DNA from: Candidatus Bathyarchaeota archaeon
Lineage (GTDB): Archaea; Thermoproteota; Bathyarchaeia; Bathyarchaeales; Bathycorpusculaceae
NCBI GenBank assembly: GCA_963833575.1
Contig: CAWHXY010000005.1
Location: 32,001 to 96,000 of the forward strand
Reading direction: 5' to 3'
Length of the DNA stretch: 64,000 bases
The position numbers and the translations under genes are program-made. Below the pieces are notes generated by a model, which was not told where the DNA came from, searched no databases, and saw nothing but the letters and a program-made list of their open reading frames with translations. Positions within the stretch are counted from its first letter, which is position 1. Each line of letters begins with the position of its first letter. Shown here one piece after another: positions 28,970-40,400 of the stretch.

Positions 28970-30040
28970 GTGCAACAAGCCAAGAAAGAATGGCCAACTG
29001 TCTCCGTAGTAACTGTCAGTTTAAATGGCAAAAAATGGCTGAAGGATTTGTTCCTCTCCATTTTGGCTAGTGACTACCCTCAGAATAAATTAGAGATGAT
29101 TTTTGTGGATAATGGCTCCATTGATGGAAGTGTTGAATTCGTCAAAGACATCTTTGCGAATGACACGCGCTTGAAGATAATTCAAAACACTGAGAATTTG
29201 GGGTGGTCGCCAGCTAACAATCAGGGTATGAGAATTTCAAATGGCGAAATAATTGTGTGTGTAAGCAATGACATGATTGTCGATACGAATTGGATCAAAG
29301 AAATTGTAAAGGTCATGGAACTAAACGAAAACATTGGGATAGTTCAGTGCAACTCTATTTCCATGTGGGATCGAATAACTCCCGACTCTGGAATGAATTA
29401 TCTTGACAGATTTGGCTACTCTTATAGTTATACTTCATCTAAAATGAATTATGAAGTGTTCTTTGCAGAAGGAATGGCTTTTGCTATTAAAAAAGAAGTT
29501 ATTAAAAAAGTAGGTATGTTTGACGAATACTTCTTCATGGAATATGATGACATGGACCTTTCTTGGCGCGCCCGTTTGGGTGGTTATAAAGTGTTTTTTG
29601 TTCCAGCCGCTATAGTTTATCATGCAAGAGGCGGCACCGTCGGAGCTACTTATTTTCAAAGAATCAACAATGTTAAGTGGTATACTAGGAATCACCTTGT
29701 TACCCTGATAAAAAATTATGAAATAAAAACTCTGCTTAGATTATCTCCAATAATCTTAACGGTGGAGCTAATAAAAATCGTTTATTTGGCCATTTTTAAA
29801 AAGAATTTGAAAATATCGTATGCAGCATTAAAGGGTATTTTACAGCTTGCAGCGGATCGAAGGATTATTTTGCAAAAAAGATTTGAAACGCAGAGTTTTA
29901 GAGCGGTTTCTGATAAGGAAATCCTTCAGATTATGCACCCCTTCAACCCTTGGCTTCTACGCTTATTTCTTACAAAACAATCTAGATCTGAGAGACTTGT
30001 ATTAAGTAATAAACCCCCAATAAATTGGAGATCTGAATAG
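28970..30040 (+). CDS. GT2 glycosyltransferase (rhamnosyltransferase-like)
   Basis: VDNGSIDGS, NLGW..ANN.G, SNDM, FDEYFFMEYDDMDLSWR, VYH. Confidence 0.85.
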   Translation: MQQAKKEWPTVSVVTVSLNGKKWLKDLFLSILASDYPQNKLEMIFVDNGSIDGSVEFVKDIFANDTRLKIIQNTENLGWSPANNQGMRISNGEIIVCVSNDMIVDTNWIKEIVKVMELNENIGIVQCNSISMWDRITPDSGMNYLDRFGYSYSYTSSKMNYEVFFAEGMAFAIKKEVIKKVGMFDEYFFMEYDDMDLSWRARLGGYKVFFVPAAIVYHARGGTVGATYFQRINNVKWYTRNHLVTLIKNYEIKTLLRLSPIILTVELIKIVYLAIFKKNLKISYAALKGILQLAADRRIILQKRFETQSFRAVSDKEILQIMHPFNPWLLRLFLTKQSRSERLVLSNKPPINWRSE

Positions 30041-30793
30041 ATGAAAAAAATTAAGATAGGTGTTATTCCCGCTGCAGGATATGGTCGTCGTTTGAGTAGT
30101 CTTCCTCTAACACGTGTGCTTCCAAAATGCTTGCTTCCCATACTGAATAAGCCAATCTTGGGGTATGTGATAGAAAACATGAGACAGATGGGTGTTGAGG
30201 ACGTATACATGATAGTTGGATTTAAGAAAGAATTGATTCAAGAGTACTTTGAAGATGGTTCAGATTTTGGAATTAATATTAAGTATATTCTGCAACCTAA
30301 TCCGCTTGGAATAGCTCACGCCATTGGGTTGACGAGAGAGTACATACATGAACCTTTTGTTGTTACCTTAGGTGATGATCTTACAATATCAAAATCTTTC
30401 GAGAATATAGTTGAAATGTTCTGGACTAAAAGAGCTATTGCAGTTGAATGCGTGGTTCGCGAAGCAGACATTGAAAAACTTAGACAAGCTTGTTGCATTC
30501 AACTAGATAATGATGGAAAAATTCAAAATGCCGAAGAGAAGCCATGCAACCCCACCTCAAATGTTCGTGGATGTGGCATTTACATTTTTAATCCGAAAGT
30601 TTACGATTACATCGGAAATACACCTACCTCTATTCCACGTAACGAAAAAGAAATTACAAATACAATCAAGTTAATAGCAGACGACAATTCAGCTTATGGT
30701 GCATTCATAAACGGGGTCAATATTAATGTTAACACAAGCACAGACCTTCTTGAAGCAACAAGACTTCTTCTTGAAAATCCTAAGACAAGTTAG
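30041..30793 (+). CDS. Sugar-phosphate nucleotidyltransferase
   Basis: IPAAGYGRRL, PKCLLPI, QPNPLGIAHA, LGDD, EEKP, EITN. Confidence 0.88.
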   Translation: MKKIKIGVIPAAGYGRRLSSLPLTRVLPKCLLPILNKPILGYVIENMRQMGVEDVYMIVGFKKELIQEYFEDGSDFGINIKYILQPNPLGIAHAIGLTREYIHEPFVVTLGDDLTISKSFENIVEMFWTKRAIAVECVVREADIEKLRQACCIQLDNDGKIQNAEEKPCNPTSNVRGCGIYIFNPKVYDYIGNTPTSIPRNEKEITNTIKLIADDNSAYGAFINGVNINVNTSTDLLEATRLLLENPKTS

Positions 30794-30937
30794 GTTGGAA
30801 TTAATGGCTTCTTCTTTGGGTTTATACAAATTAGTTAACTGGCGCTTGATTAGAATCCTTAAAAAACTCTTGTTAGTTGGTACGTTAAGTTATTTACTTT
30901 TTGTTATAACTAGAAATAGTTCAGTCAAAGGTGTGCC

Positions 30938-32155
30938 TTGATCTTGAAAGAGTCAGATTTATCTATGTATGTATTGGGTGGTTCGCCGACTAGAGCTGAT
31001 AGCCTAGATGGTGGTTCTCGAATATTCATAGAATGTGCAAGACGATGGTTGGACAAAGGGGTAGACATATTTTTTTTTACATCAGAAGAAGGTTATGAAC
31101 TGCTTCATAAGTACGGTTTAAACTCAATAAGGTATATAGTTGCCTATTCCTCAAAGTACCAACGGTTTGGTCTCTACGGACTATATGTAATTAGAATGAT
31201 TAAGCAGTGTTTGAATGTTATCAGAATTAAGCCCGAATGTGAAGTTAATGTAATCTATTCAGGATCCGATTTTTGGCCTGATGCTGTTCCCGCATTTTTT
31301 CTAAAAATGCGATTCAAACAGGCAAAATGGGTTGCAGGCTTCTATCTTTTCGCACCTAATCCTTTCACAAGTGAAACACCTTACAAGGGAAAGGCAGTTC
31401 TGAAAGGGCTTGTTTACTATCTGTCTCAATTGCCTATTTATTATTTAGTTAGGAAATATGCTGACTCAGTTTGGGTTACAAGCGAACCTGATCGGTGGAA
31501 ATTCATCGGCGTAAGGCTTTCTAAGAGTAAGGTTGTTGCTGTTCGGGGTGGAGTTGATATCAAGACTCCTTTAACGATACCTGAACCACAGAATAAGAAA
31601 TTTGAGGCAGTTTTCATTGGAAGATTTCATCCTCAAAAAGGTGTTTTGGAACTTGTAGATATTTGGAAAATAGTTTGTTCTAAGAACAATGGTGCGAAGT
31701 TGGCCATGATTGGTGTAGGTGAACTTGAAAGCGCTGTCATTAACAAGATAAAAATTTGTGGTTTGGAACAGAATATAGTTCTGTTCGGCTTTAAGGATGG
31801 TATTGAAAAGCTCAAGATTTTCAAGAATAGCCGAGTTGTTGTACATCCCGCTATTTATGATAGTGGTGGAATGGCTGCATGTGAGGCAATGGCTTGCGGT
31901 TTACCCGGTGTGAGTTTTGATCTTGCTGCATTAAAAACTTATTATCCAAAAGGGATGATTAAAATACCCTGCTATGACTTAGCGGCGTTTGCAGCGAATA
32001 TATTAAAATTGTTAACCGATGAAAAACTTTACAAAAGCACTGCTAAAGATGCGTTGGAGTGGGCAAAAGAGTGGGATTGGGATAAGAAGGCAGAAGATCT
32101 GCTGATCTCATTGGAAGGAATAGGAGATAATATTAATGATAGTGTGCAAGTTTGA
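30938..32155 (+). CDS. GT4 glycosyltransferase
   Basis: FIGRFHPQKG, LFGF, DSGGMAACEAMACGLP. Confidence 0.88.
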   Translation: MILKESDLSMYVLGGSPTRADSLDGGSRIFIECARRWLDKGVDIFFFTSEEGYELLHKYGLNSIRYIVAYSSKYQRFGLYGLYVIRMIKQCLNVIRIKPECEVNVIYSGSDFWPDAVPAFFLKMRFKQAKWVAGFYLFAPNPFTSETPYKGKAVLKGLVYYLSQLPIYYLVRKYADSVWVTSEPDRWKFIGVRLSKSKVVAVRGGVDIKTPLTIPEPQNKKFEAVFIGRFHPQKGVLELVDIWKIVCSKNNGAKLAMIGVGELESAVINKIKICGLEQNIVLFGFKDGIEKLKIFKNSRVVVHPAIYDSGGMAACEAMACGLPGVSFDLAALKTYYPKGMIKIPCYDLAAFAANILKLLTDEKLYKSTAKDALEWAKEWDWDKKAEDLLISLEGIGDNINDSVQV

Positions 32156-32753
32156 CCAAGCACGTGACAAACTCATCAATAATTTCTTCAATAATCATTT
32201 AAAAGGAAAAAGAATTTTGGAGCTAGGGTGTGGAAGCGGAGATAGAACAAAGTTATTCTATGATCAGAGTGAAGTAATTGGTATTGACATAAAGAATAAA
32301 ATAGATTACTTGGGACAACAGAAATTCGAGTTTCTTATGGCTGATGCTACAAAACTGCCATTTAAAGATGAAAGCTTTGATGCCGTTACATCTTTTGATG
32401 TAGTTGAGCATATATGGAATGATAAAGATTTTGTTTCTGAAGCTTATCGCGTGTGCAAAAGTGGCGGTTATGTGATTCTTGGTACACCTAATCGCGTAAG
32501 GTTATCTAACAGGTTAATGCCTCTTTTAGGCAAGAAGATAACTTATCCATACTATTTAGGTCCCGATACAATCCATGTAAGAGAATACACCAAATCACAA
32601 TTTACATCTCTGTGCAAGGGTACCAGCTTAATTGGTGACTGTATTTCCGTCTGGATTGGGCTAGTAGGTCGATTCGATAGAGGTCTTCCAATATTTCCAC
32701 GCTTTGTTTCTTCTTTGGCACAATATCTGCTTTTTATAGGCTATAAACCCTAA
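32136..32753 (+). CDS. Class I SAM-dependent methyltransferase
   Basis: LELGCGSG, DATKLPFKDESFD, VVEH, GTPN, HVREYT. Confidence 0.88.
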   Translation: MIVCKFDQARDKLINNFFNNHLKGKRILELGCGSGDRTKLFYDQSEVIGIDIKNKIDYLGQQKFEFLMADATKLPFKDESFDAVTSFDVVEHIWNDKDFVSEAYRVCKSGGYVILGTPNRVRLSNRLMPLLGKKITYPYYLGPDTIHVREYTKSQFTSLCKGTSLIGDCISVWIGLVGRFDRGLPIFPRFVSSLAQYLLFIGYKP

Positions 32754-32888
32754 TGGATCAGTGCTATACAGTATCTAACAGAATAAATCAATTGGAAAAA
32801 GAAATGCATTATAATTAAGAGGGATTGCTTAAGCCGCTATGGACTAAGTCCAAGGAAAGCAAATATTTCTTAATAAACGATAGAATCG

Positions 32889-33587
32889 CTAATTTTTTTT
32901 GGCAATACCCATCAAGAATATTGCATATCTCTCAGTTATGTTAATCTGCAGTTTTGCTTTTTGGTAAAGTGAAATAAAAAATCGTTTCGAAAAAGAATTA
33001 ACGACGACAGTTGAACCATATTCTAGCCTGTTTAATGGTTTACCAAAAAACTTATGGAAAATTACCCTCAGAGGGTACATAGCTTTGACATAGTACAAAC
33101 TTTCGATAATTCTCTGGTAACGAGATACAACTATAGCATCCGCGACAACAAAACCGTTCTTTTGAGTAATACGTGCCAACTCGATCATTGACATCAAAGG
33201 GTTAGGTAAATGCGGGAAAATTTGCATGCAATAAACAACAGGAAAACAATTGTTTCTAAAAGGTAGATGTTCAGCATCACAATTAACCATGCTAATCTTA
33301 TCAGCAACGCCAACATCTTTTGCGCGTTCCCTTGCTATGCTAATCATTTCTCTAGAAATATCTGCACCGACAACCATCTCAGCATTAGATTTGACTAGAG
33401 TAATAGATAGCCGTCCCTTGCCCATTCCAATATCAACCACTAACTTGTTTTCTGGATGAGTGAAATGCACTATGTCCATTTTCTCTTTAATGTATGCTTC
33501 TCTGTATACTCCTTCGCCTTCGGGTTCCCACCAAGAAGCTACAGTTCCATCCTTGTTAAAATATTCCTTGAGTTTTTCTTTGCTCGT
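32889..33587 (-). CDS. Class I SAM-dependent methyltransferase; frame open to an ACG at 33587, first ATG at 33479
   Basis: VDIGMGKGR, GADISREM, DAEHLPF; in-frame upstream extension TSKEKLKEYFNKDGTVASWWEP. Confidence 0.78.
   Translation of the reverse strand, partial: TSKEKLKEYFNKDGTVASWWEPEGEGVYREAYIKEKMDIVHFTHPENKLVVDIGMGKGRLSITLVKSNAEMVVGADISREMISIARERAKDVGVADKISMVNCDAEHLPFRNNCFPVVYCMQIFPHLPNPLMSMIELARITQKNGFVVADAIVVSRYQRIIESLYYVKAMYPLRVIFHKFFGKPLNRLEYGSTVVVNSFSKRFFISLYQKAKLQINITERYAIFLMGIAKKN
32965..33071 (+). repeat. 107-bp direct repeat, copy A (inside methyltransferase 3' part)
   Basis: Matches 34868-34974 with ~8 mismatches. Confidence 0.85.
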
Positions 33588-33665
33588 TTAAATCCCATCT
33601 AGTACTTCAAGTTAAAGCTAATGGAACGTTACCATATTATAAAAGTTTGTTGAAGAAATTGTATC

Positions 33666-33885
33666 GCTTATGTTTAGGATTAACATTATAGAGCTTTGGC
33701 GTCGAATTGGGTCTTTATCTTAGATTTTTCTATTTTTTTCATAACTAATTTTTAGAAGCAAGTGTAATTAGCATTTAGTCATTGGTTTGATTATTTGTGA
33801 AATTGAATTTTGCAGCTGGTTTTTGTTATTGGCTGATAAATTGGGGGTTTCACGAAAGTTTATGAGCAAGTGAACAAAGTTAATG
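33666..33885 (+). repeat. 220-bp direct repeat, copy A
   Basis: Near-identical to 37155-37374 (one mismatch seen). Confidence 0.9.
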
Positions 33886-33964
33886 AAAAATTTGGAAGTG
33901 TCATCTTTTTAATTAATTATGAATCCAAGCAAATGCGGCGTTTAAATACGTCTCTTTCATTTAA

Positions 33965-34870
33965 ATGACACGAATGCAACAAATTAACTGCCCACTATGC
34001 GGTTCAATCAACGATGTCCCGTTGTTTCAAGTCAAAGATTATCGACTGCATACGACGGAAAAAGTATTTGCCCTTGTTCGTTGTCTCCGATGTGGCACCT
34101 TATATTTAAATCCTAGACCTAACGAAGAAGAACTCGCTAAATTTTATCCCGAAGCCTTTTACGCTGGGTCTAATTTAACTTCCAAATTGGTATCCAATTT
34201 CTTGAATCGTTTGAAATTTCGGGAAATTGATAAGTTCAAAAAAGCTGGGCGAATATTAGATGTTGGATGTGGAGACGGAGGGTTACTTTCTACCTTTAAA
34301 GATAGAGGTTGGGAAACCTATGGGGTGGATACATCAGAAAAGGCGTGTAGACTAGCTGCAAAGACTTTAGGAATAAAGGTCTGCAATTCTACGTTAAAAG
34401 ATTGTTTTTTTCCTGATAGTTATTTTGATGTCGTGCTTCTTAACCACGTTATTGAGCATATGTCACGTCCAAATGAAGAACTTGTTGAAATTTGCAGAAT
34501 TTTGAGAGCTAGCGGAGTTGTTTTCATATACACACCCAATATCGCAAGTTACCAGTTTGAGGTAACTGGAGACAAGTGGTTGCATTTAGATATACCGAGG
34601 CACTTGATCTTTTACTCTCCAAATAATATCCTCGTTCTTCTCAAAAAAGCTGGCCTTGAAGTGATTAAGATAAGTTTTCCTCCATTTGATTTTCCTTTTG
34701 ACTTTTACTTCAGTCTTAAGCTGAAACTTGGGTCAAACTATGGTTTACTGGGCTCTATAATCTCCCCCATCTTACGTATTATCTCAATTACTGTAAAATT
34801 GTTTCCTGCTTGGAGGGGAAGTATGATAGTGGCTGCTGTTAAGAAATCCTCGCTAATTCATGCACCATAA
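33965..34870 (+). CDS. Class I SAM-dependent methyltransferase with N-terminal Zn-binding motif
   Basis: CPLCG...CLRCG..YLNPRP; LDVGCGDG; HVIEH; TPN; PRHL. Confidence 0.88.
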   Translation: MTRMQQINCPLCGSINDVPLFQVKDYRLHTTEKVFALVRCLRCGTLYLNPRPNEEELAKFYPEAFYAGSNLTSKLVSNFLNRLKFREIDKFKKAGRILDVGCGDGGLLSTFKDRGWETYGVDTSEKACRLAAKTLGIKVCNSTLKDCFFPDSYFDVVLLNHVIEHMSRPNEELVEICRILRASGVVFIYTPNIASYQFEVTGDKWLHLDIPRHLIFYSPNNILVLLKKAGLEVIKISFPPFDFPFDFYFSLKLKLGSNYGLLGSIISPILRIISITVKLFPAWRGSMIVAAVKKSSLIHAP

Positions 34871-34974
34871 AGTGAAATAAAAAATCGTTTCGGAAAAGAA
34901 TTAACGACGACGGTTAAACCATGTTCTAATCAGTTTAATGGTTTACCAAAAAACTTATGGGAAATTACCCTCAG
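34868..34974 (+). repeat. 107-bp direct repeat, copy B (intergenic)
   Basis: Matches 32965-33071. Confidence 0.85.
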
Positions 34975-35032
34975 GAGATAGATCGAGTCAAAATCGTTTG
35001 GTTAAAATTTGGAAAACATTAATGTGATTTAG

Positions 35033-35830
35033 CTAAACATAAATCAGCCCAATACCATATATTCCCTGATTGTAATCGTTAACAAACTCCTTGAATTTAT
35101 AGCTGTTTTTTATTTCATTCCAAAATCTGTTTACTTCACATTGACTATTTGAAGGGTGCTTTGCAATATCATGGAAAGCTATAGCACCACCTTTTCTAAC
35201 AAGAGAGGAATACATTTCAAAGTCTTTTTTTACTCCCTCATAAGTATGGTCTCCATCAATGAAAAGAAAATCTAACGCTTTTCCAGCAAGGGCGATCTTA
35301 ACCTCGTTTAATGTTGAGACTTCATGAGCATTTTTTCTAATCAAAATAATCTGTTGCTTTGGTTTTGCTAGGGATTTGTAAAATATTCTCTTTTCGTTGC
35401 TGTAGCCACCCCCGAATTTTCCACTTGGCAAATCAACACTTATTACCCGTGCCATTGGGTCAGCGGTTTGAGAGAATAGAAAAAGTGTCCCCCCTTTTGC
35501 AGTCCCAATTTCCATTATATTCTTAGGCTGAAGTTCTCTAACAATTTTCAGCAATTGGATTATTTCATTTCTAAACTGCCCCGGTCTGATAGACAGACCG
35601 AAATAATTAAAAGTAAACGCAAGATCAACCGTTTCATCAAGCCGATTTATTTTTCTTATGTTTTCCTCAAGTTTTTTTATAGCTAACGGCAAAACAACTC
35701 TATGTCCTATTAATTCCCAAAAAAGGTATTGAGAAACTTCTTTGCAAAATGTAATAGTTCCCTGTGACTTGACTAAACCAATGCCTTCCTTAACCTTAGA
35801 ATTAACCTTCTGAATATTGTTAAGGACCAT
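35033..35830 (-). CDS. Class I SAM-dependent methyltransferase (Methyltransf_24-like)
   Basis: EIGTAKGGT, SVDLP, DFLFIDGDHTYEGVKKDF, AFHDI. Confidence 0.88.
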   Translation of the reverse strand: MVLNNIQKVNSKVKEGIGLVKSQGTITFCKEVSQYLFWELIGHRVVLPLAIKKLEENIRKINRLDETVDLAFTFNYFGLSIRPGQFRNEIIQLLKIVRELQPKNIMEIGTAKGGTLFLFSQTADPMARVISVDLPSGKFGGGYSNEKRIFYKSLAKPKQQIILIRKNAHEVSTLNEVKIALAGKALDFLFIDGDHTYEGVKKDFEMYSSLVRKGGAIAFHDIAKHPSNSQCEVNRFWNEIKNSYKFKEFVNDYNQGIYGIGLIYV

Positions 35831-36183
35831 AACAATTATTATATAACATTTTTCTTAAATGTTTTGTTTAATGATATTCCGAGTTTCTGGCATACCCTCA
35901 AATGTTCGATTGATAGTTATTAATTTGGTATTTTACTTTTCTTAATAGGTGCATTTTATTCTGGTACTATTAAGCGAATTGTTAGCTAGAAGTAACTAAA
36001 AACAATTTGCTCAATTCTTAAGATAAAACTGTAACTTAATTGTGTCTTATCACAACCTATCCCATGAAACTAGAAAAGCGTTAATCCATGAATTCTTGAA
36101 AAGAAATACAGAAAATTAATACGATTCAACTTCTTAGATTATATCCTTCATTCCAATAAAATCAATCAATTAAAGGAAAAAAT

Positions 36184-37212
36184 ATGGCTGATAAACAAAA
36201 TCCAGTTGTTTCGATAGTGATTCTGAATTATAATGGTAAACAGTTTCTTGATAGATGTCTAACTTCCATTTTTAATCAAAGTTTTTCTAAATTTGAACTT
36301 ATATTTGTTGATAATGCCTCAAATGATGGGAGCGTTCACCATATTGAAAAATTCTTCGGAAATGATCCCCGCCTTAAAATTATAGAGAATAAATCAAACT
36401 ATGGACCTATAGAAGGAAATAACATTGGTATTCTACATTCAAATCGTCAAACAAAATATGTTCTTTTACTAAATAACGATACTGAACTTATCGAGAATTG
36501 GTTATCTTGTATGATTAACACATTGGAAAGCGACCCAAAAATTGGTGCTGCTGCTTCAAAACAATTGTTGATGGATGACCATGAACGCCTTCAAGGATTT
36601 GGTTCATTTATTGACATATGTGGGTTTAATTATCAACTTGGAGAATTTGAGATTGATAACAATCAATACAATGGCAAAACAATTGAGATTTTTGCTGGGG
36701 GAACAACAGCTCTGTTTCTCAGAACAAGTGTTCTTAGGCAAATAGGGCTCCTTGATTCAATGTACGTGCATGGATTTGATGATATTGATCTATGTTGGCG
36801 GGTTTGGCTCAGCGGCCATAAAGTAGTTTGTGTTTCCAGTTGCAAAATATATCACAAAGTCGCAGGCACTACACGAAAAGTAAATTTAGCGCGAGTTGTT
36901 TATCACAGAGAAAAAAATAGAATAATGACTGCAATAAAGAATTACACTATTCGTTATATAATTCGGGTGATGCCGATTATTTTGACTTTCGATTTGCTTC
37001 AATTATTATGGTTTGTTTTTACAAATAATTTTTCTATGTTTCAATCAATCGGGCAAGCACTAATTTGGGATATAAAACATTTCAAGTATATATGGACTCA
37101 GCATCTTAGAGTTAAATATCAAGTAAGAAAAGTCTCTGATGAAGAAATTGTGAGGCTTATGTTTAGGATTAACATTATAGAGCTTTGGCGTCGAATTGGG
37201 TCTTTATCTTAG
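36184..37212 (+). CDS. GT2 glycosyltransferase (rhamnosyltransferase-like)
   Basis: VSIVILNYNG, VDNASNDGS, LLNNDT, DDIDLCWR, IYH. Confidence 0.86.
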   Translation: MADKQNPVVSIVILNYNGKQFLDRCLTSIFNQSFSKFELIFVDNASNDGSVHHIEKFFGNDPRLKIIENKSNYGPIEGNNIGILHSNRQTKYVLLLNNDTELIENWLSCMINTLESDPKIGAAASKQLLMDDHERLQGFGSFIDICGFNYQLGEFEIDNNQYNGKTIEIFAGGTTALFLRTSVLRQIGLLDSMYVHGFDDIDLCWRVWLSGHKVVCVSSCKIYHKVAGTTRKVNLARVVYHREKNRIMTAIKNYTIRYIIRVMPIILTFDLLQLLWFVFTNNFSMFQSIGQALIWDIKHFKYIWTQHLRVKYQVRKVSDEEIVRLMFRINIIELWRRIGSLS

Positions 37213-37374
37213 ATTTTTCTATTTTTTTCAAAACTAATTTTTAGAAGCAAGTGTAATTAGCATTTAGTCATTGGTTTGATTATTTGTGAAATTGAATTTT
37301 GCAGCTGGTTTTTGTTATTGGCTGATAAATTGGGGGTTTCACGAAAGTTTATGAGCAAGTGAACAAAGTTAATG
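37155..37374 (+). repeat. 220-bp direct repeat, copy B (GT2 3' end plus downstream intergenic)
   Basis: Near-identical to 33666-33885. Confidence 0.9.
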
Positions 37375-37408
37375 TAAACTTGGTATTGAAATAGCGATGG
37401 ATTACTGA

Positions 37409-40400
37409 ATGGACGTAGCTCAATTTAAACTGTCATTATATTCCCATAAGATAGCGATCTTTAGTGTTTTGGTAATACTAATAGCTGGTCTCATTTCAAT
37501 TAGTTGGTTTCAAGGATCTTTTTTGATCAATGGGATTGATAGATCTTTTCCTCCGAATCGGACAGTTTTTTTTGTAAGAAGCTTTTACATTTGGGATATA
37601 TTCCAGCTTGGGGGTGAAAGTGCACGGACAACAGCCAGTTTTTTCCCCGCAAATCTTTATTTGTTAATTTCAGAAGTTGCAGGTCTTTCGATTGTCACCG
37701 CAGAGAAATTGTGGTTTTATCTTCTCTTCAGTTCGGCTGGTCTTTCAATGTATTTTCTGACAACTACGGCTATTGTTGGAAAATATCGTCATTTAGCTGG
37801 TCTCGTATCAGCTTTGTTTTACATGTTTAATCCATACACGATCATAGCTGTTGTTCCACAAATGTGGCTCTATATAATTTTTCTTCCATTAATATTGGGA
37901 ATGTTCGTAAAAGGACTAAAGGAAAAGCGTGGGTTGAAATATATATTACTCATGAGCTTAATTTGGACATTAACGACATCATCTGACTACGTAAATCCTA
38001 AAAATTTGTTATTTGATGTCTTACCACTTCTGCTTTTCTTAATATTTTATTTTATTCTTAACAGAAATATACCTGAAATGAAACGTTCGCTTCGTTTTGC
38101 AGGATCACTGTTAATTGTATTTTGTGCTCTAAACGCTTTTTGGATTCTTCCCACCATATCTACCATTAAAAGCGTAATTGCGTCACCTTTGAACGCATAT
38201 GCTGTTATTGGAACATCACGTTTGAGTAATTATGCTTTAGCCAGTGCACCACTGTCAGGCTCTTTTCGATTGCTTGGTTTTTGGTCACTTAACGCTGAAT
38301 ATAAGGGATTTCCATATGCTTACTGGGCTCCTGCGTATAATTCAGCTCTTTTCATCGCCATAGGATTCTTAATACCCATCATTACATTTGGTTTCCTTTT
38401 GAGAAAGCCAAAAAGCCAGAAAAGGCTCTTTTTTGCCATTCTAGCCGTACTAGGCTTGTTTGTGATGGTTGGAGCTACGCCGCCTTTGGGCTGGATCAAT
38501 GAATTTATAGTAACTCATGTTCCGCTTGCTGTTGATGTATTTTCCAACCCTTATCTGTTTGGAGGAATGTATGTGGCTTTGTCATTTGCTTTTCTTTTCG
38601 GATGTTTTGTATCTGATTTATGCTGTTCTAAGTGGGTGGTCAATAAAGTTTCTATTTTTCGGAATCAGTCATTCAAGTACATTTTGACTGCACTTATTAT
38701 TTTCTTGATTATTGGATTGTACGCGTTTCCACTTTGGAATGCTAACGTTATATACCCTGGAAATGAGGTCATGGCTTCAAATCGTTACAGTATTCCGAAC
38801 TATTATTATGATGCAAAAAGTTGGCTTAGCACTGATTCAAGTGACTTTAGGATTTTTCCTCTACCATACTCCATATTAGGCTATGGAGCATACAACTGGC
38901 CACCTGAAGGGTTCAATGGACCTGATCCTACTGAATCTTTGCTCGGTAGACCGCTTTTAGCAGGTTTAACTGGTCAAGGATTAGGTTTAGCTGCAGCCCA
39001 ATATCTGATTAATGGCTCAGACTATAACATAGCTAAACTTTTGGCTTTAATGAATGTCAAATACATTTTAGTTCACAATGATGCTGACTTGACTTATCTT
39101 AGTGGTAGTAATTGGTACGTTTCGGCTACTCCAGAACAAATTCGATCTATTCTCAATAATCAAACAGGTTTTTCTTTTGAGAAGTCTTTCGGAGAACTTG
39201 ATTTCTACAAGAACAATTATTGGCAACCTATGAAGGTGTATACTGCCTCTACAAGTGTTCTGTCAGATGGGAACTTGGATCAACTATTACAGATCGTGGG
39301 AAGAAACGATTTTATCTACAATGACTCAGTTGTCTCGCTTTCCAATCAGCTTGATGCTCAGCAAATCTCCACTCTTCCTATGAACACGGTGCTCGTTCAA
39401 AATCCCGATCTAAACTTGAACTACAGCCCAATCTCCGACGTTCAAAATAACAGTAGGCTTGTTTACATATTAAGTCCCCACCCAGTTACGGCAGCGCGAT
39501 ATTATTCAAGTTGGAAGGAGGTAGTAAGCACTAACGGGACAGGTGATCCGGGCATGATTGTCTTTTCATCGCCTATGCAATGTCCTTATTTAAGCGCTTT
39601 TCCGATGAGTTTTACAAATTGGAGTTCGTATGACTCTACACTAATTTACATAATAAACTCATCACCGTTAACGATTAACTCAGTAATTGCCGATGGTGCG
39701 TCGGTTACTGGGACTGCTTGGTGGCAAACCGGGACTTCGTGGATAACGGGTTGGCCAATAACTATACCCTCAAATCAAAATGCAGTCATTCAAGTGAGTC
39801 AGCGGGCAAGTAATATTACACTACAAACTGACATAGGTCCAATTACGATTTCAGTTTCAGATGGTTGGACAAGTCCTTTAACTATCAAAAACCCTGATGA
39901 AATCCCAACCACAATAGTCACACCTAATGCCTCTGACTATTTGCTTGCGATTAAAGTAGCAACGGGATACGGCTATGGCAATTTATCTGTAAGAATCGAT
40001 GAGCAGTCCTTTAATGTCAATCTCAATTCAGAAGAGCAGGGACCAGTTTACACTTACAAATACATTGGACCCGTATTCTTGGCTGCTGGTTCCCACGAAA
40101 TAGCGCCAAGTGAAGGAAATGTGTCCACTCCTCAATCAGATAGCATGTTACTCTATTCTTTAAAGAATGATGATTCATTCGTAAACGTTGACAGCCTACT
40201 TTCTTCTAACCAAAGGAACAGCGCTTCGGTTACTTACGAAGAAATCAATCCAACTCAGTACACTGTTCATGTTAACTCTTCGCAACCGTTCTACCTTGTC
40301 TTCAGCGATTCCTACGACAATGGTTGGGTTGCAAGTATCAACGGACAACGAATATCTAGTCTATACCATTTCACTGCTAACGGCTATGCAAATGGATGGT

